Origin: Candidatus Latescibacterota bacterium
GTDB taxonomy: Bacteria > Latescibacterota > UBA2968 > GCA-2709665
NCBI GenBank assembly: GCA_965116875.1
Contig: OZ220733.1
Span: 1,856,001-1,920,000 of the forward strand
Direction: 5' to 3'
DNA length: 64,000 nt
Positions 20,509 through 29,941 of the stretch are shown here, piece after piece. Position numbers and translations under genes: made by a program. The notes beneath the pieces are model-generated. The model saw only the letters and a list, made by a program, of their open reading frames with translations. It was not told the DNA's origin and made no database searches. How positions within the stretch are numbered: position 1 is the first letter of the stretch; each line of letters starts with the position of its first letter.

Positions 20509-23500
20509 AAGTATTGGCTGATCGCGTGCAGATAAGCCGCCGCTTCCGAAGGTCAATTCGAATCGACACAGACCTTTCCGACCCTACGGCTCTCACGGGT
20601 TTCATCTGTCCGCGGTCCTCCGCTCTCGTACTCGAGACGATGGCACAGCACGTCCAGAAAACCGGACAGGCCGCATTTACTTGGACGGGACCTTATGGCT
20701 CTGGCAAGTCGAGCCTCGTGGTAGCGCTCAGCGCGGTGCTGAATGGTGATGCCGATCTCAGAAACTCGACTGCCCGGATGCTAGGTTTTCAAACAGCCGA
20801 GGCTCTCTGGGCTTCTTTGCCTCCCCAAGCCAAGGGTTGGCGGATCCTGCCCGTCGTGGGAAGGCGCGATCGACCCGCCCAAGTGGTCGGTGAGGCGATT
20901 GAGCGTGCTCGTTTTGTTCGAAATGGCACAACTGGCCAGTGGAGCGACGAGGCCGTCTATGACGTCCTGTTAAGGGTCGCACGAAGGAATCCACGCACGT
21001 ATGGCGGCCTTGTTGTCTTCTTGGACGAAATGGGAAAATTGCTGGAAGGCGCCGCGTACGAGGACACGGACATCTTCTTTTTCCAGCAATTGGCGGAGAT
21101 TGCCTCGCGAAGCAACAATCGGCTGATTGTCGTCGGGATTCTGCACCAGGCGTTTGAAGAGTACGCTAACCGGCTCTCACGTGAGGTGCGGGATGAGTGG
21201 TCAAAGGTTCAAGGTCGATTCATAGACCTGCCGATCAATGTAGGACCTGACGAGCAGCTCGAGCTCTTGGGACGGGCGATAGAGAGCGATCAAGTGCCTC
21301 GAGAGGATACGCCACTCTTCAAGGAGGTCGCCGCACTCGGCCATCACTCGCAAACGTCTGAAGTGTTGCGAAGATGTTGGCCGTTGCACCCAATCGTGGC
21401 TTGTTTGCTCGGACCCATCTCACGGCGGAGTTTCGGCCAGAATCAGCGCAGCATCTTTGGTTTTTTAAACTCCACAGAACCTTTCGGATTCCAGGACTTC
21501 CTGAGAACCGCCACTGAGCGCGATCTGTATATGCCGGAGCTGCTTTGGGACTACCTTCGGGCGAACCTGGAACCTTCCATTATGGCTTCTTCGGACGGTC
21601 ACCGATGGGCGATGGCAGTTGACGCCCTGGAGCGAAGTCACGGGTCAGGCGGCGATGAGCTTGAGTTGCGATTGCTCAAGACGATCGGCCTGGTCGATCT
21701 GTTCCGAGAACGATCGGGCCTCGTGCCGAGTCTGGAACTTTTGATTCTAGCCCTTCGTGATCAAAGTGCTACAGCCATTCAGATGGCGCTGAGCAAACTG
21801 AAGGACTCCTCGCTGGTGATCCACCGGAAATTCAGCAATGGATACAGCATCTTCGAGGGAAGCGACTTTGATATCCGGCGGGCCGTAGATGAGGCGTTTG
21901 GAGAGATTGACCGGATTGACCATATCCGCCTTTCGGATCTCGCTGGGCTTCAGCCCGTGATTGCCAAGCGTCATTACCACGAAACCGGTGCGATCCGATG
22001 GTTCGACACAACTGTCGTTCCGTTGCGTGACCTTGAGGACGTCGCGGGCGCACGTGATATAAGTAACGGCGCAATGGGATCGTTCTTTCTCGCGCTACCC
22101 ACACCGGGCGATTCTCCCGAAACCGTCGAACGGATTGCGGAACGTACGGTTAGAGGAGCAGAGGACGGCGATGTTATTGTGGGCATCCCCAGGCGATCGA
22201 CGTGGACAATTACGACTCTTGCGCGAGAGTTGCTTGCACTCGAGCATGTTCGGGACAATACGCCGGAGCTTCGGGGGGACCGTGTTGGGCGGCGCGAAGT
22301 TGAGGACAGCATTGCGGACCTGCAGAGCAAAATCGAAGTTGAACTGGACCGAGCTATCGAGAATGCCCAATGGCAGGGAAAGGAACTTCGGTCAAAGTGG
22401 CTCGATCATGCCGAAATAAACAGTCTCGTTTCAGATTTTGCGGACGAAAGATTCAAAAAGGCACCTAAACTCAACAATGAGCTATTAAACCGAATCAGAC
22501 CCTCCAGTAACGCAATCGCTGCGCAAAATGCCTTGCTTCGACGGATGGCGCTATATGAAGGCAAGCCGCGGTTGGGTATCGAGGATTTTCCCGCGGAAGG
22601 CGGCTTGTTCGCCTCTCTTCTTAAGGCAAGCGGATTATACCAGAATACGCCAGATGGGTTGCGTTTTGTACCGCCTGAACTTGGAGATGACCCATGCAAC
22701 CTCGTCCCCGCTTGGGAGGCTGCGAAAGAGTTCCTGGAAGCCAAATCCCACAGATCAGTGTCGATTGCGGAGATCTACGATCTTTGGCGACGAGCTCCGT
22801 TCGGCATAAAGGACGGATTGTTGCCTATTTTAGCCCTGGCATTTACACTCTCAAAACGCGACGTGCTCGCATTCTATAGGCAGGGGATCTTCCAAGCATT
22901 TTTTTCGGATTTGGACGCGGAGGTTTTGGCTAAAAACCCGACTGATATCCAGGTGAGATGGATGGACTTATCAGCGGTGTCGCGCCGGCTGCTGGCAGAT
23001 ATGGCAGATATCGTGCGCGATCTGGATTCAGCGAACACCTTGCCGAACCTGGAACCGATTGACGTCGCAAGAGGGCTCGTGGCGATCTACGATCGGCTGG
23101 CACCGTGGGTCGGTCGGACGCAGCGTCTGTCGTCTAACGCCAAGCGTATTCGACAGCTTCTGAAGCAGGCCAACGACCCAAATCGACTGATCTTTGACGA
23201 TTTGCCACAGGTACTAGATGATTCTTCAGTCATACTCGCAGAGATCGACACAGACGAGATTGCTAACCGAATTCGAGCAGGCTTGACGGAGTTATGTCAG
23301 GCCTTTCCCACAATGCTGAATCGGATACGCGAAATGTTGCTTGCGGAGTTGCAAGTGCCAAACGCTTCCACGTCGATGCTGGCCGAGTTGCGTGCGCGTT
23401 CGGCCAACATACGCGACCTCGGCGGGGATCATCGCCTCGAGGCATTTGTCGTTCGCGTAGCGCAGTTTGAAGGCAGTGAAGAGGACGTGGAAGGTTTGGC

Positions 23501-23882
23501 TGGGATGGCTGTCAACAAACCACCTCGAGATTGGGTCGATGCGGACATCGATCGGGCGTCGATCGAGCTTGCTGCTCTAGCCCAACGGTTCATACGTGCG
23601 GAAGCGTTCGCTCGCGTGAAGGGCCGGAAGGACAAGAGACACGCAATGGCAGTCGTTGTCGGTATGGAAGGGCAGCCGAATCTGGTGCATAACGAGTTCG
23701 AGATTACCGACCAGGATCAATCCGCTGTAAGAGAGTTGATTGAACGTCTAGACGGAACATTGAGAGGCAACGGCCAGGAAAGACACAACGTAATTCTCGC
23801 CGCTTTGGCCGAGTTAAGTGCTCGATATCTGGATTCCGGAAACTCCGCGAAACCGGGCGAGGGCAGGAGGTCCAATACGTGA
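20505..23882 (+). CDS. sspC: Large P-loop ATPase (SspC-like)
   Basis: RRSIRIDTD, Walker A GPYGSGKSS, Walker B VFLDEMGK, ILHQAF, WPLHP, FGQNQRSIFGFL, APFGIKDG; GTGA overlap with DUF4007 gene. Confidence 0.82.
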   Translation: MKVLADRVQISRRFRRSIRIDTDLSDPTALTGFICPRSSALVLETMAQHVQKTGQAAFTWTGPYGSGKSSLVVALSAVLNGDADLRNSTARMLGFQTAEALWASLPPQAKGWRILPVVGRRDRPAQVVGEAIERARFVRNGTTGQWSDEAVYDVLLRVARRNPRTYGGLVVFLDEMGKLLEGAAYEDTDIFFFQQLAEIASRSNNRLIVVGILHQAFEEYANRLSREVRDEWSKVQGRFIDLPINVGPDEQLELLGRAIESDQVPREDTPLFKEVAALGHHSQTSEVLRRCWPLHPIVACLLGPISRRSFGQNQRSIFGFLNSTEPFGFQDFLRTATERDLYMPELLWDYLRANLEPSIMASSDGHRWAMAVDALERSHGSGGDELELRLLKTIGLVDLFRERSGLVPSLELLILALRDQSATAIQMALSKLKDSSLVIHRKFSNGYSIFEGSDFDIRRAVDEAFGEIDRIDHIRLSDLAGLQPVIAKRHYHETGAIRWFDTTVVPLRDLEDVAGARDISNGAMGSFFLALPTPGDSPETVERIAERTVRGAEDGDVIVGIPRRSTWTITTLARELLALEHVRDNTPELRGDRVGRREVEDSIADLQSKIEVELDRAIENAQWQGKELRSKWLDHAEINSLVSDFADERFKKAPKLNNELLNRIRPSSNAIAAQNALLRRMALYEGKPRLGIEDFPAEGGLFASLLKASGLYQNTPDGLRFVPPELGDDPCNLVPAWEAAKEFLEAKSHRSVSIAEIYDLWRRAPFGIKDGLLPILALAFTLSKRDVLAFYRQGIFQAFFSDLDAEVLAKNPTDIQVRWMDLSAVSRRLLADMADIVRDLDSANTLPNLEPIDVARGLVAIYDRLAPWVGRTQRLSSNAKRIRQLLKQANDPNRLIFDDLPQVLDDSSVILAEIDTDEIANRIRAGLTELCQAFPTMLNRIREMLLAELQVPNASTSMLAELRARSANIRDLGGDHRLEAFVVRVAQFEGSEEDVEGLAGMAVNKPPRDWVDADIDRASIELAALAQRFIRAEAFARVKGRKDKRHAMAVVVGMEGQPNLVHNEFEITDQDQSAVRELIERLDGTLRGNGQERHNVILAALAELSARYLDSGNSAKPGEGRRSNT

Positions 23883-24721
23883 ATGACGGCAATAGGGAAA
23901 TGCACGTTTTGGGATTGTCAGGTGGCCGCGATAGTGCGGCACTCGCGGTCTACATGCGACAAAACCATCCGGAACTTGACATTCACTACTTCTTTACCGA
24001 TACTGGCAAAGAATTGCCGGAAGTTTACGAGTTTCTGGTCAAGTTAGAAGGATTTCTGGGCAAGCCGATCGAGCGGCTGAATCCGGACCGCGATTTCGAC
24101 TTCTGGCTAAAGCAATACAACAACTATCTACCGTCGGCCCAAAGCCGTTGGTGCACGCGGCAACTCAAGCTGCGGCCTTTCGAGCGGTGGATCCGCCCAA
24201 TTATGGATAGTGGCGTAACGGTGTATAGCTACGTTGCCATCCGTGCGGACGAGGAATACCGGGAAGGCTACACCTCGAAGCGCGATAGCCTTGTGGTAAA
24301 GCTCCCGCTAAAGGATGACGGGATTGACAAGGCCGGTGTGTTGGAGATTCTGGAGGGTGCGGGACTGGGATTGCCGCAATATTACGAATGGCGGACCCGC
24401 AGTGGATGCACGTTTTGTTTTTTCCAACAAAAGATCGAATGGGTGCGATTGATGGAGCGACACCCGGAGTACTTCGAGGAAGCCAAACGCTACGAAAAGA
24501 ACGCCATCGATCACGGCTCTCCCTTCACCTGGAGTCAGGGAGAATCACTCAACGATCTCGCGAAACCCGAGCGCATTGCGCAAATTGAGGATGAACATAC
24601 TAGGCGGCTGAAGAGGATGCGCAACAAACTTCAGGTCAACCCACTTCGTCCGGATGCAGAACCAATCGACATAGATGACCTTTATGGTAAGGCAAAGGTC
24701 TGTCTGGCATGTCACAAATGA
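23879..24721 (+). CDS. sspD: PAPS reductase family PP-loop protein (SspD/DndC-like)
   Basis: PP-loop LSGGRDS, FTDTGKELPE, RWCTRQLK, RSGCTFCFFQ, C-terminal CLACHK; GTGA overlap with the ATPase gene. Confidence 0.85.
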   Translation: MNDGNREMHVLGLSGGRDSAALAVYMRQNHPELDIHYFFTDTGKELPEVYEFLVKLEGFLGKPIERLNPDRDFDFWLKQYNNYLPSAQSRWCTRQLKLRPFERWIRPIMDSGVTVYSYVAIRADEEYREGYTSKRDSLVVKLPLKDDGIDKAGVLEILEGAGLGLPQYYEWRTRSGCTFCFFQQKIEWVRLMERHPEYFEEAKRYEKNAIDHGSPFTWSQGESLNDLAKPERIAQIEDEHTRRLKRMRNKLQVNPLRPDAEPIDIDDLYGKAKVCLACHK

Positions 24722-24883
24722 AAGTAACGACAGAAGACGCGTACGAGTTCTTGGGGTATGTTATTTGGTCGCCCAACCCGCGATGCTAGAGTTGCGAAGA
24801 AAGCAACACACTTCTGATAAGCGAGAAACTCCGAGCGACTGTGGGTCAAGTTGTTGATTATCAAACTTGCGGACAACTCAAAG

Positions 24884-26497
24884 ATGGCAAACACGACTTT
24901 TACAGGATTCGGCCTGACGGTTTCTCAGTTTTTCGACTCGCTTTCGGATCATGAACTGCGAAGGTTTCTGGATTCCGGTGTTTTGTCAGTCTTGGATGCA
25001 ATCTTCGACGGGCGGGTACAAGGCGAAGATCTGCGACGTATTGCTCAAACGCTTGTTGATCTAGAAGTACTCATAGGAGATTCGCGAGGAAGAAGGCTTG
25101 TCCTTCGATTGGTACCGGATGAGAAGAAACCAGAATTGGAAAGTTATGTCGAGCGCAACATCGTCCCAAACGACGCGGACAAATGGTCAGACGCTGAAGT
25201 GAGGCGAATGCGCGACTTTTTCGCATTAGATGAAGAGCGAGTCGTTCCCCCAGCCGTACCGCCAACCGAGCCAATTTCAGCCTGTTATGGATTATTTGAA
25301 CATCAGAGGAACGCCGTTCGAAGATTGAAACCGCTATTGACCGAGGATGAACGCCGTGCGGTTCTACACTTACCTACGGGAGTCGGCAAGACTCGCACGG
25401 CAATGCACATCGTGTGCGATATGTTTCGGACACATGAACCATCAGTCGTCGTTTGGTTGGCATCAGGAAGAGAACTGCTTGAGCAAGCAGTGTTCGCCTT
25501 TAAGGAGGCGTGGAAGCATCTCGGCAATAGACCGCTTCAGATTGGTACTATGTGGGGTGAACGGACGCCGGTTTTAGACAGCTTCTCGGATGGCTTTCTG
25601 GCCGTAGGCCTAGCGAAGGGCTGGACGTTGATTTCCCGTACTGATCCGGATTGGGCGTCACGACTGTCCCAGCGAGTTCGTCTCGTGGTCTTTGATGAAG
25701 CGCACCAGAGTATCGCTAGGACCCATCGGTGGATCACTGACGACCTTACTCTCGACTTCCGATGCGCACTGTTGGGGCTAACTGCCACACCTGGGAGAAC
25801 TTGGGCCGATATTGACACGGATGGCCAACTTGCCGATTTCTTTTGCCGCAATAAGGTCACGCTTGACGTTCCGGGAAGTAACCCAATCAAGTACCTCATA
25901 GAAAACGAATATCTCGCACAACCGATTTTCCGAACACTTCTTTCCGAACCAGGCATCAGTATCAACAATAAAGAGTTGACCCGGATTGCAGGATTGTTGG
26001 ATATCCCACTGGAGATCATATCCTCATTATCGATTACCAAACAGTATATTGCCGCTGTGCTTGGTGCGATTGTGCAACTGCTCCAGGCTGGCCACCGGCG
26101 CGTACTTGTTTTCGCCGCGACTGTCGATCAAGCGCAAATGCTTACCGCGATTCTGGTCGCACGCGACATCCGAAGTGAGGCTGTTACTGGCGTGACGCCC
26201 TTCCGTATACGGGATAGCGCCATCCGATCCTTCAGGGCAGATGACGACACACCAATGGTCTTGGTTAACTACGGAGTGTTGACCACTGGTTTTGACGCGC
26301 CCAAGGCGAGTGCAGCCGTAATTGCCCGCCCGACGAAGTCCTTAGTGCTTTATAGCCAGATGGTCGGACGTGTAATCCGTGGGCCGAAAGCGGGAGGAAC
26401 GAAGACCTGCGAAATCTTAACGGTCGTCGATCCTAGCCTTCCAGGATTCAGCGATGTGGCAAAGGCATTCCTTAATTGGGAGGATGTATGGCAGTGA
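24884..26497 (+). CDS. SF2 DEAD/DEAH-box helicase (ResIII-like + helicase C-terminal domain)
   Basis: LFEHQ, LPTGVGKT, DEAH, GLTATP, VLVFA, VLTTGFD, QMVGRVIR. Confidence 0.9.
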   Translation: MANTTFTGFGLTVSQFFDSLSDHELRRFLDSGVLSVLDAIFDGRVQGEDLRRIAQTLVDLEVLIGDSRGRRLVLRLVPDEKKPELESYVERNIVPNDADKWSDAEVRRMRDFFALDEERVVPPAVPPTEPISACYGLFEHQRNAVRRLKPLLTEDERRAVLHLPTGVGKTRTAMHIVCDMFRTHEPSVVVWLASGRELLEQAVFAFKEAWKHLGNRPLQIGTMWGERTPVLDSFSDGFLAVGLAKGWTLISRTDPDWASRLSQRVRLVVFDEAHQSIARTHRWITDDLTLDFRCALLGLTATPGRTWADIDTDGQLADFFCRNKVTLDVPGSNPIKYLIENEYLAQPIFRTLLSEPGISINNKELTRIAGLLDIPLEIISSLSITKQYIAAVLGAIVQLLQAGHRRVLVFAATVDQAQMLTAILVARDIRSEAVTGVTPFRIRDSAIRSFRADDDTPMVLVNYGVLTTGFDAPKASAAVIARPTKSLVLYSQMVGRVIRGPKAGGTKTCEILTVVDPSLPGFSDVAKAFLNWEDVWQ

Positions 26498-28425
26498 GTG
26501 AATCAGTCGAACAACTGGAATTTTCAATAGTCGATACGAGAATGACAGTCGAGGCAATGCGTGACAGCGGTTATAAATCAACGACTCATGCGCTTGCAGA
26601 GCTTATCGATAACTCCATTGAGAGTGGAGCTACCGCTATCGAACTATTCGGCGTGAGTCGGCGCGATAGCCGCACTGGAAGATTTACACTGAAGGAATTG
26701 GCTGTCCTCGACAACGGCGAGGGTATGGACAAAGACACGCTCCGGGGCAGCCTCCGTTACGGTCATGGGACTCGACAACAGAGAAATGGTATCGGCCGTT
26801 TCGGACTTGGTCTTCCGAATTCGTCAATGTCACAGTCAAGACGTGTAGACGTGTGGTCCTGGAAGTCCGGAGTGACAAACGCGTTGCACGTGCAACTCGC
26901 CATTGACGATGTGGAAGGCGGTGCCCGAGAGATCAGTGAACCCACGCTCCAACGCATCCCAGATGTCTACCGCGACGCAACCCGAATCGTTCTTGGCGAT
27001 TCCGGAACTCTGGTAAGATGGAGCGATCTCGATCGAGTCGAATGGAAGCAGGCGACAACGACTTTCAAGCACACAGAGACCCTGCTTGGACGCATGTATC
27101 GGCGATTCCTTGTAAATCCATCAGAGAGACTGCACCCCAAAGACTTGAGAACCGACGAAATCGGACAGAGGCGCACTATCACGTGTATTCCGATTCACGA
27201 GAAGGAAGGGTTGATCGAAATACAGCACGCCGACATCGTCGAAGTAAGGCCGAATGACCCTTTGTATCTGATGCCAAGCACCTCGTGCCCGGAGGACTAT
27301 GGCCCGGGGCGAATGTTCGTGGAACTTGACACAAGTCCTTTCTCGGTACCGGTGAAATTCAATGGCAGGGAATTTGAGATTCGTGTAAGAGCGAGCTACG
27401 CCCGTAACCATGTTCGTGACCCGCTTGCGCCTGACGCGACATGGCCAGAGGCGTGGAAAGGAAGGGACGCAGGTCATACGCCGTGGGGCAAGCACGCGGA
27501 TCAGAATATGGGAATCTCTCTGATTCGGGCCCACCGTGAAATACAGCTCGACGACTCTTGGGTCAGTGGCGACGATCCGAGAGAGCGCTGGTGGACAGTG
27601 GAGGTCGACTTCCCCACAGCTCTCGACGAGGTCTTTGGCGTCACAAACAACAAGCAGGGCTCGACGACGTTTCAGCGACTCGCACGTTATGACTGGAAGC
27701 GCGAGCAGCTCCCAGGCGAAGTGTCAGTCGGTGACGTTCGTCGCCGGATGGAAGCGGACGGCGATTCACGAGTGCATCTCCTGGATCTCCGTAGACAGAT
27801 CGAAAGGGCAATCACGCTGATGCGGAAACAGGTAAGGCAGACAAAGAAGGCTCGGAAGCGCCATAAATTGGATGAAGATCAGAAGGCTGATGCTAAGGCT
27901 ACGGCCGCAATAATTCGCCGCCTGCTAGAGGGTTATCAGGGAGAGTCTGATCGAGAAGGAAAGCTCGGTACCGAAGAGGAACAACAAGAGAAACAAATCA
28001 AATCTCTGATCGAAAAACATCGACATGACAAAGCCGATGCACTTCAAAGAGTAGCCGAAACAATCGAGGCCAAGAGCCGAGTTCGTTGGATTCAATCGGC
28101 GCAATCGAGCCCAGCATTCTTCGACGTCGAACCACTGCCCAACGTGATTCAAGTCGCGCTAAACACGAACCATCCTGTACACTCACACCTTTTTGACATC
28201 ATGAACCCCGATACAGACGATCTGACCGAGGATGAAGTTCGTGAGAGGCTCGCAAAAGCGTCAGCGGCATTCCGCATTCTCGTGTATTCTTGGGCTCGAT
28301 ATGAGGAGGAGCAGACTGAACGTGCGCGTCGTCAGGTGCGAGATGCGCGTCTGGAGTGGGGAAAGTACGCGGAGGAGTTTCTTGATGAAGACGATGGCTC
28401 AGTTGTCCCAACGGATCTGGTCTAG
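26488..28425 (+). CDS. MORC-type GHKL ATPase
   Basis: RDSGYKSTTHALAELIDNS, DNGEGM, IGRFGLGL, GTLV; coiled-coil region and C-terminal LNTNHP motif; overlaps the helicase stop. Confidence 0.85.
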   Translation: MAVSESVEQLEFSIVDTRMTVEAMRDSGYKSTTHALAELIDNSIESGATAIELFGVSRRDSRTGRFTLKELAVLDNGEGMDKDTLRGSLRYGHGTRQQRNGIGRFGLGLPNSSMSQSRRVDVWSWKSGVTNALHVQLAIDDVEGGAREISEPTLQRIPDVYRDATRIVLGDSGTLVRWSDLDRVEWKQATTTFKHTETLLGRMYRRFLVNPSERLHPKDLRTDEIGQRRTITCIPIHEKEGLIEIQHADIVEVRPNDPLYLMPSTSCPEDYGPGRMFVELDTSPFSVPVKFNGREFEIRVRASYARNHVRDPLAPDATWPEAWKGRDAGHTPWGKHADQNMGISLIRAHREIQLDDSWVSGDDPRERWWTVEVDFPTALDEVFGVTNNKQGSTTFQRLARYDWKREQLPGEVSVGDVRRRMEADGDSRVHLLDLRRQIERAITLMRKQVRQTKKARKRHKLDEDQKADAKATAAIIRRLLEGYQGESDREGKLGTEEEQQEKQIKSLIEKHRHDKADALQRVAETIEAKSRVRWIQSAQSSPAFFDVEPLPNVIQVALNTNHPVHSHLFDIMNPDTDDLTEDEVRERLAKASAAFRILVYSWARYEEEQTERARRQVRDARLEWGKYAEEFLDEDDGSVVPTDLV

Positions 28426-28431
28426 CGCTAT

Positions 28432-29334
28432 ATGCCATTAGAAAATGAAACCCAAGGAGGTCGAATTCGTGATCTCTTCGAAAACGCGGTCCACTCGGTG
28501 TGGGTTATTGCGCCGTTCATCAAGGTCGATGCGCTGAAGTCGTTGCTTGAGGTTATTCCCGCAGGTATGCATCTTCGCTGTGTTACGCGTTGGCTACCTA
28601 AGGACGTGGCGGCGAGTGTATCTGATCCAGATATCTTGAGTCTACTTGATGAACGGGGAGATTTTACGCTTAGCCTCGTAGATAAGTTGCACGCAAAGCT
28701 GTACATCGCCGGCACACGTTGTCTGGCTGGTTCGGCAAATGTGACTCTTGCAGGGCTGGGAGAAGCAGACGAGAGCAATATTGAGGTCCTCGTAGAGACA
28801 ACAACTAATGATCCGGGAGTTTCTGCTACGCTTGACGAAATTTCTCTGGTTGAATACCCTGCAACGGCAGAACTTGCTCAGACGGTTCGTCGCATGGCGG
28901 AAATTGTATCCAGCTCAATATCATCTGCGGTTGACCTTGAAATCCCATGGTTTCCAATAAGCAGACGACCGGAAGATGCGTTTGATTTTTACAAGCGCCC
29001 GCCGGACGGTTCCTTAAAGGCTGTCGACCGCACTTTGCTTGCAGACTTGGCACACTCCAATCTCCAGCCGGGTCTAGACGAAAATGGATTCCGATCAGCG
29101 GTCCGTTCTCTGCTTACGGATATACCAATGTGTAAGGGATTGCTTGGGACTATGGAAGACAGGACGATTACTCGCGCCGACGCTCACGCTTTTCTGGTGG
29201 AATTTTCAGGAGAGGATATTTCGACCCAGGACCTATGGCTTGCATTCGTTAATTGGGTGGCACACTTCTTCCCAGACGAAGTCATGAAACAAGAAATATC
29301 TGAAATCGCTCTTCGGCGTGCTCAAGCAATATGA
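28432..29334 (+). CDS. Phospholipase D-like (HKD) nuclease domain protein
   Basis: IAPFIK, VTRW, LHAKLYI...AGSANVT (single HxK motif, BfiI/Nuc-like), then an unknown C-terminal domain. Confidence 0.82.
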   Translation: MPLENETQGGRIRDLFENAVHSVWVIAPFIKVDALKSLLEVIPAGMHLRCVTRWLPKDVAASVSDPDILSLLDERGDFTLSLVDKLHAKLYIAGTRCLAGSANVTLAGLGEADESNIEVLVETTTNDPGVSATLDEISLVEYPATAELAQTVRRMAEIVSSSISSAVDLEIPWFPISRRPEDAFDFYKRPPDGSLKAVDRTLLADLAHSNLQPGLDENGFRSAVRSLLTDIPMCKGLLGTMEDRTITRADAHAFLVEFSGEDISTQDLWLAFVNWVAHFFPDEVMKQEISEIALRRAQAI

Positions 29335-29582
29335 GTTGAGAGCTAGGCCAAGTTATGGCGCAGTCACGATTGCCCGTGCCCATATTGATTCATTGAATCT
29401 CCCCCAATCTCACCGAAATCGGTAAATGTGCCGAGGATTGTCTCAGTGGGAGATTTGATTACTACCATCATTCTTTGAACACGAACGTGATGCATCGCAT
29501 AACACAAACCCCCGAGAGAGTTATCTCCAGGTGCATTTTGTGTGCTTTCGGTAGATTGATGTGGCAGTCTATTCCCGCCGTG

Positions 29583-29880
29583 TCAAAACGAAGCACCGAG
29601 AAGGAAGTAGGGAACGGCGCCTCTTGGGTCGGAGAACCCATATCCGGCGCCGGCACGGAAGCGGAATGGCCTGTAAGGGAAACCGTATTCGTAGACGAAC
29701 TCGGTGCCTGCGGAAAGGAGGGTCTTAGGCGTCGCCTGCGGGGAGTTGTCCCACCCCCGGGCGTTGCCTGAATCGGTGAACAGCGTGAGAAAGACGCGGC
29801 CGAAGTGCAGCAGCGGAGTTCGGATGGCAGGGTTAACCCCCGCACGGGCCTATAAACGGAACTGCAGGGACGCGTACCAG
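29583..29880 (-). pseudogene. Diverged duplicate of the 3' end of the beta-barrel OMP gene at 34197-37184
   Basis: Translates to NPAIRTPLLHFGRVFLTLFTDSGNARG...RAGAGYGFSDPRGAVPYFLLGASF*, versus NRAIRTPLLHFDRAFLTLFADAGNAWG...RAGAGYGFTDPKGAVPYFLLGASF* in the intact gene; in-frame TAG at 29850-29852; no start. Confidence 0.85.
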
Positions 29881-29941
29881 ACACGCCGACCCGATCACTC
29901 GGGGCTCTCGCAGCGCCTCACCAGGAAAATCAGCGACTCGG

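Noticed and set aside
19543-24721. BREX type 4 or Dnd system assignment
   Set aside because: No PglZ/BrxL and no DndB/D/E recognised; separate DUF4007, ATPase and PAPS-reductase genes plus a desulfurase fit SspABCD better.
23879-24721. Assimilatory cysH
   Set aside because: Translationally coupled to the DUF4007/ATPase genes in an atypical-composition island, not to cys genes.
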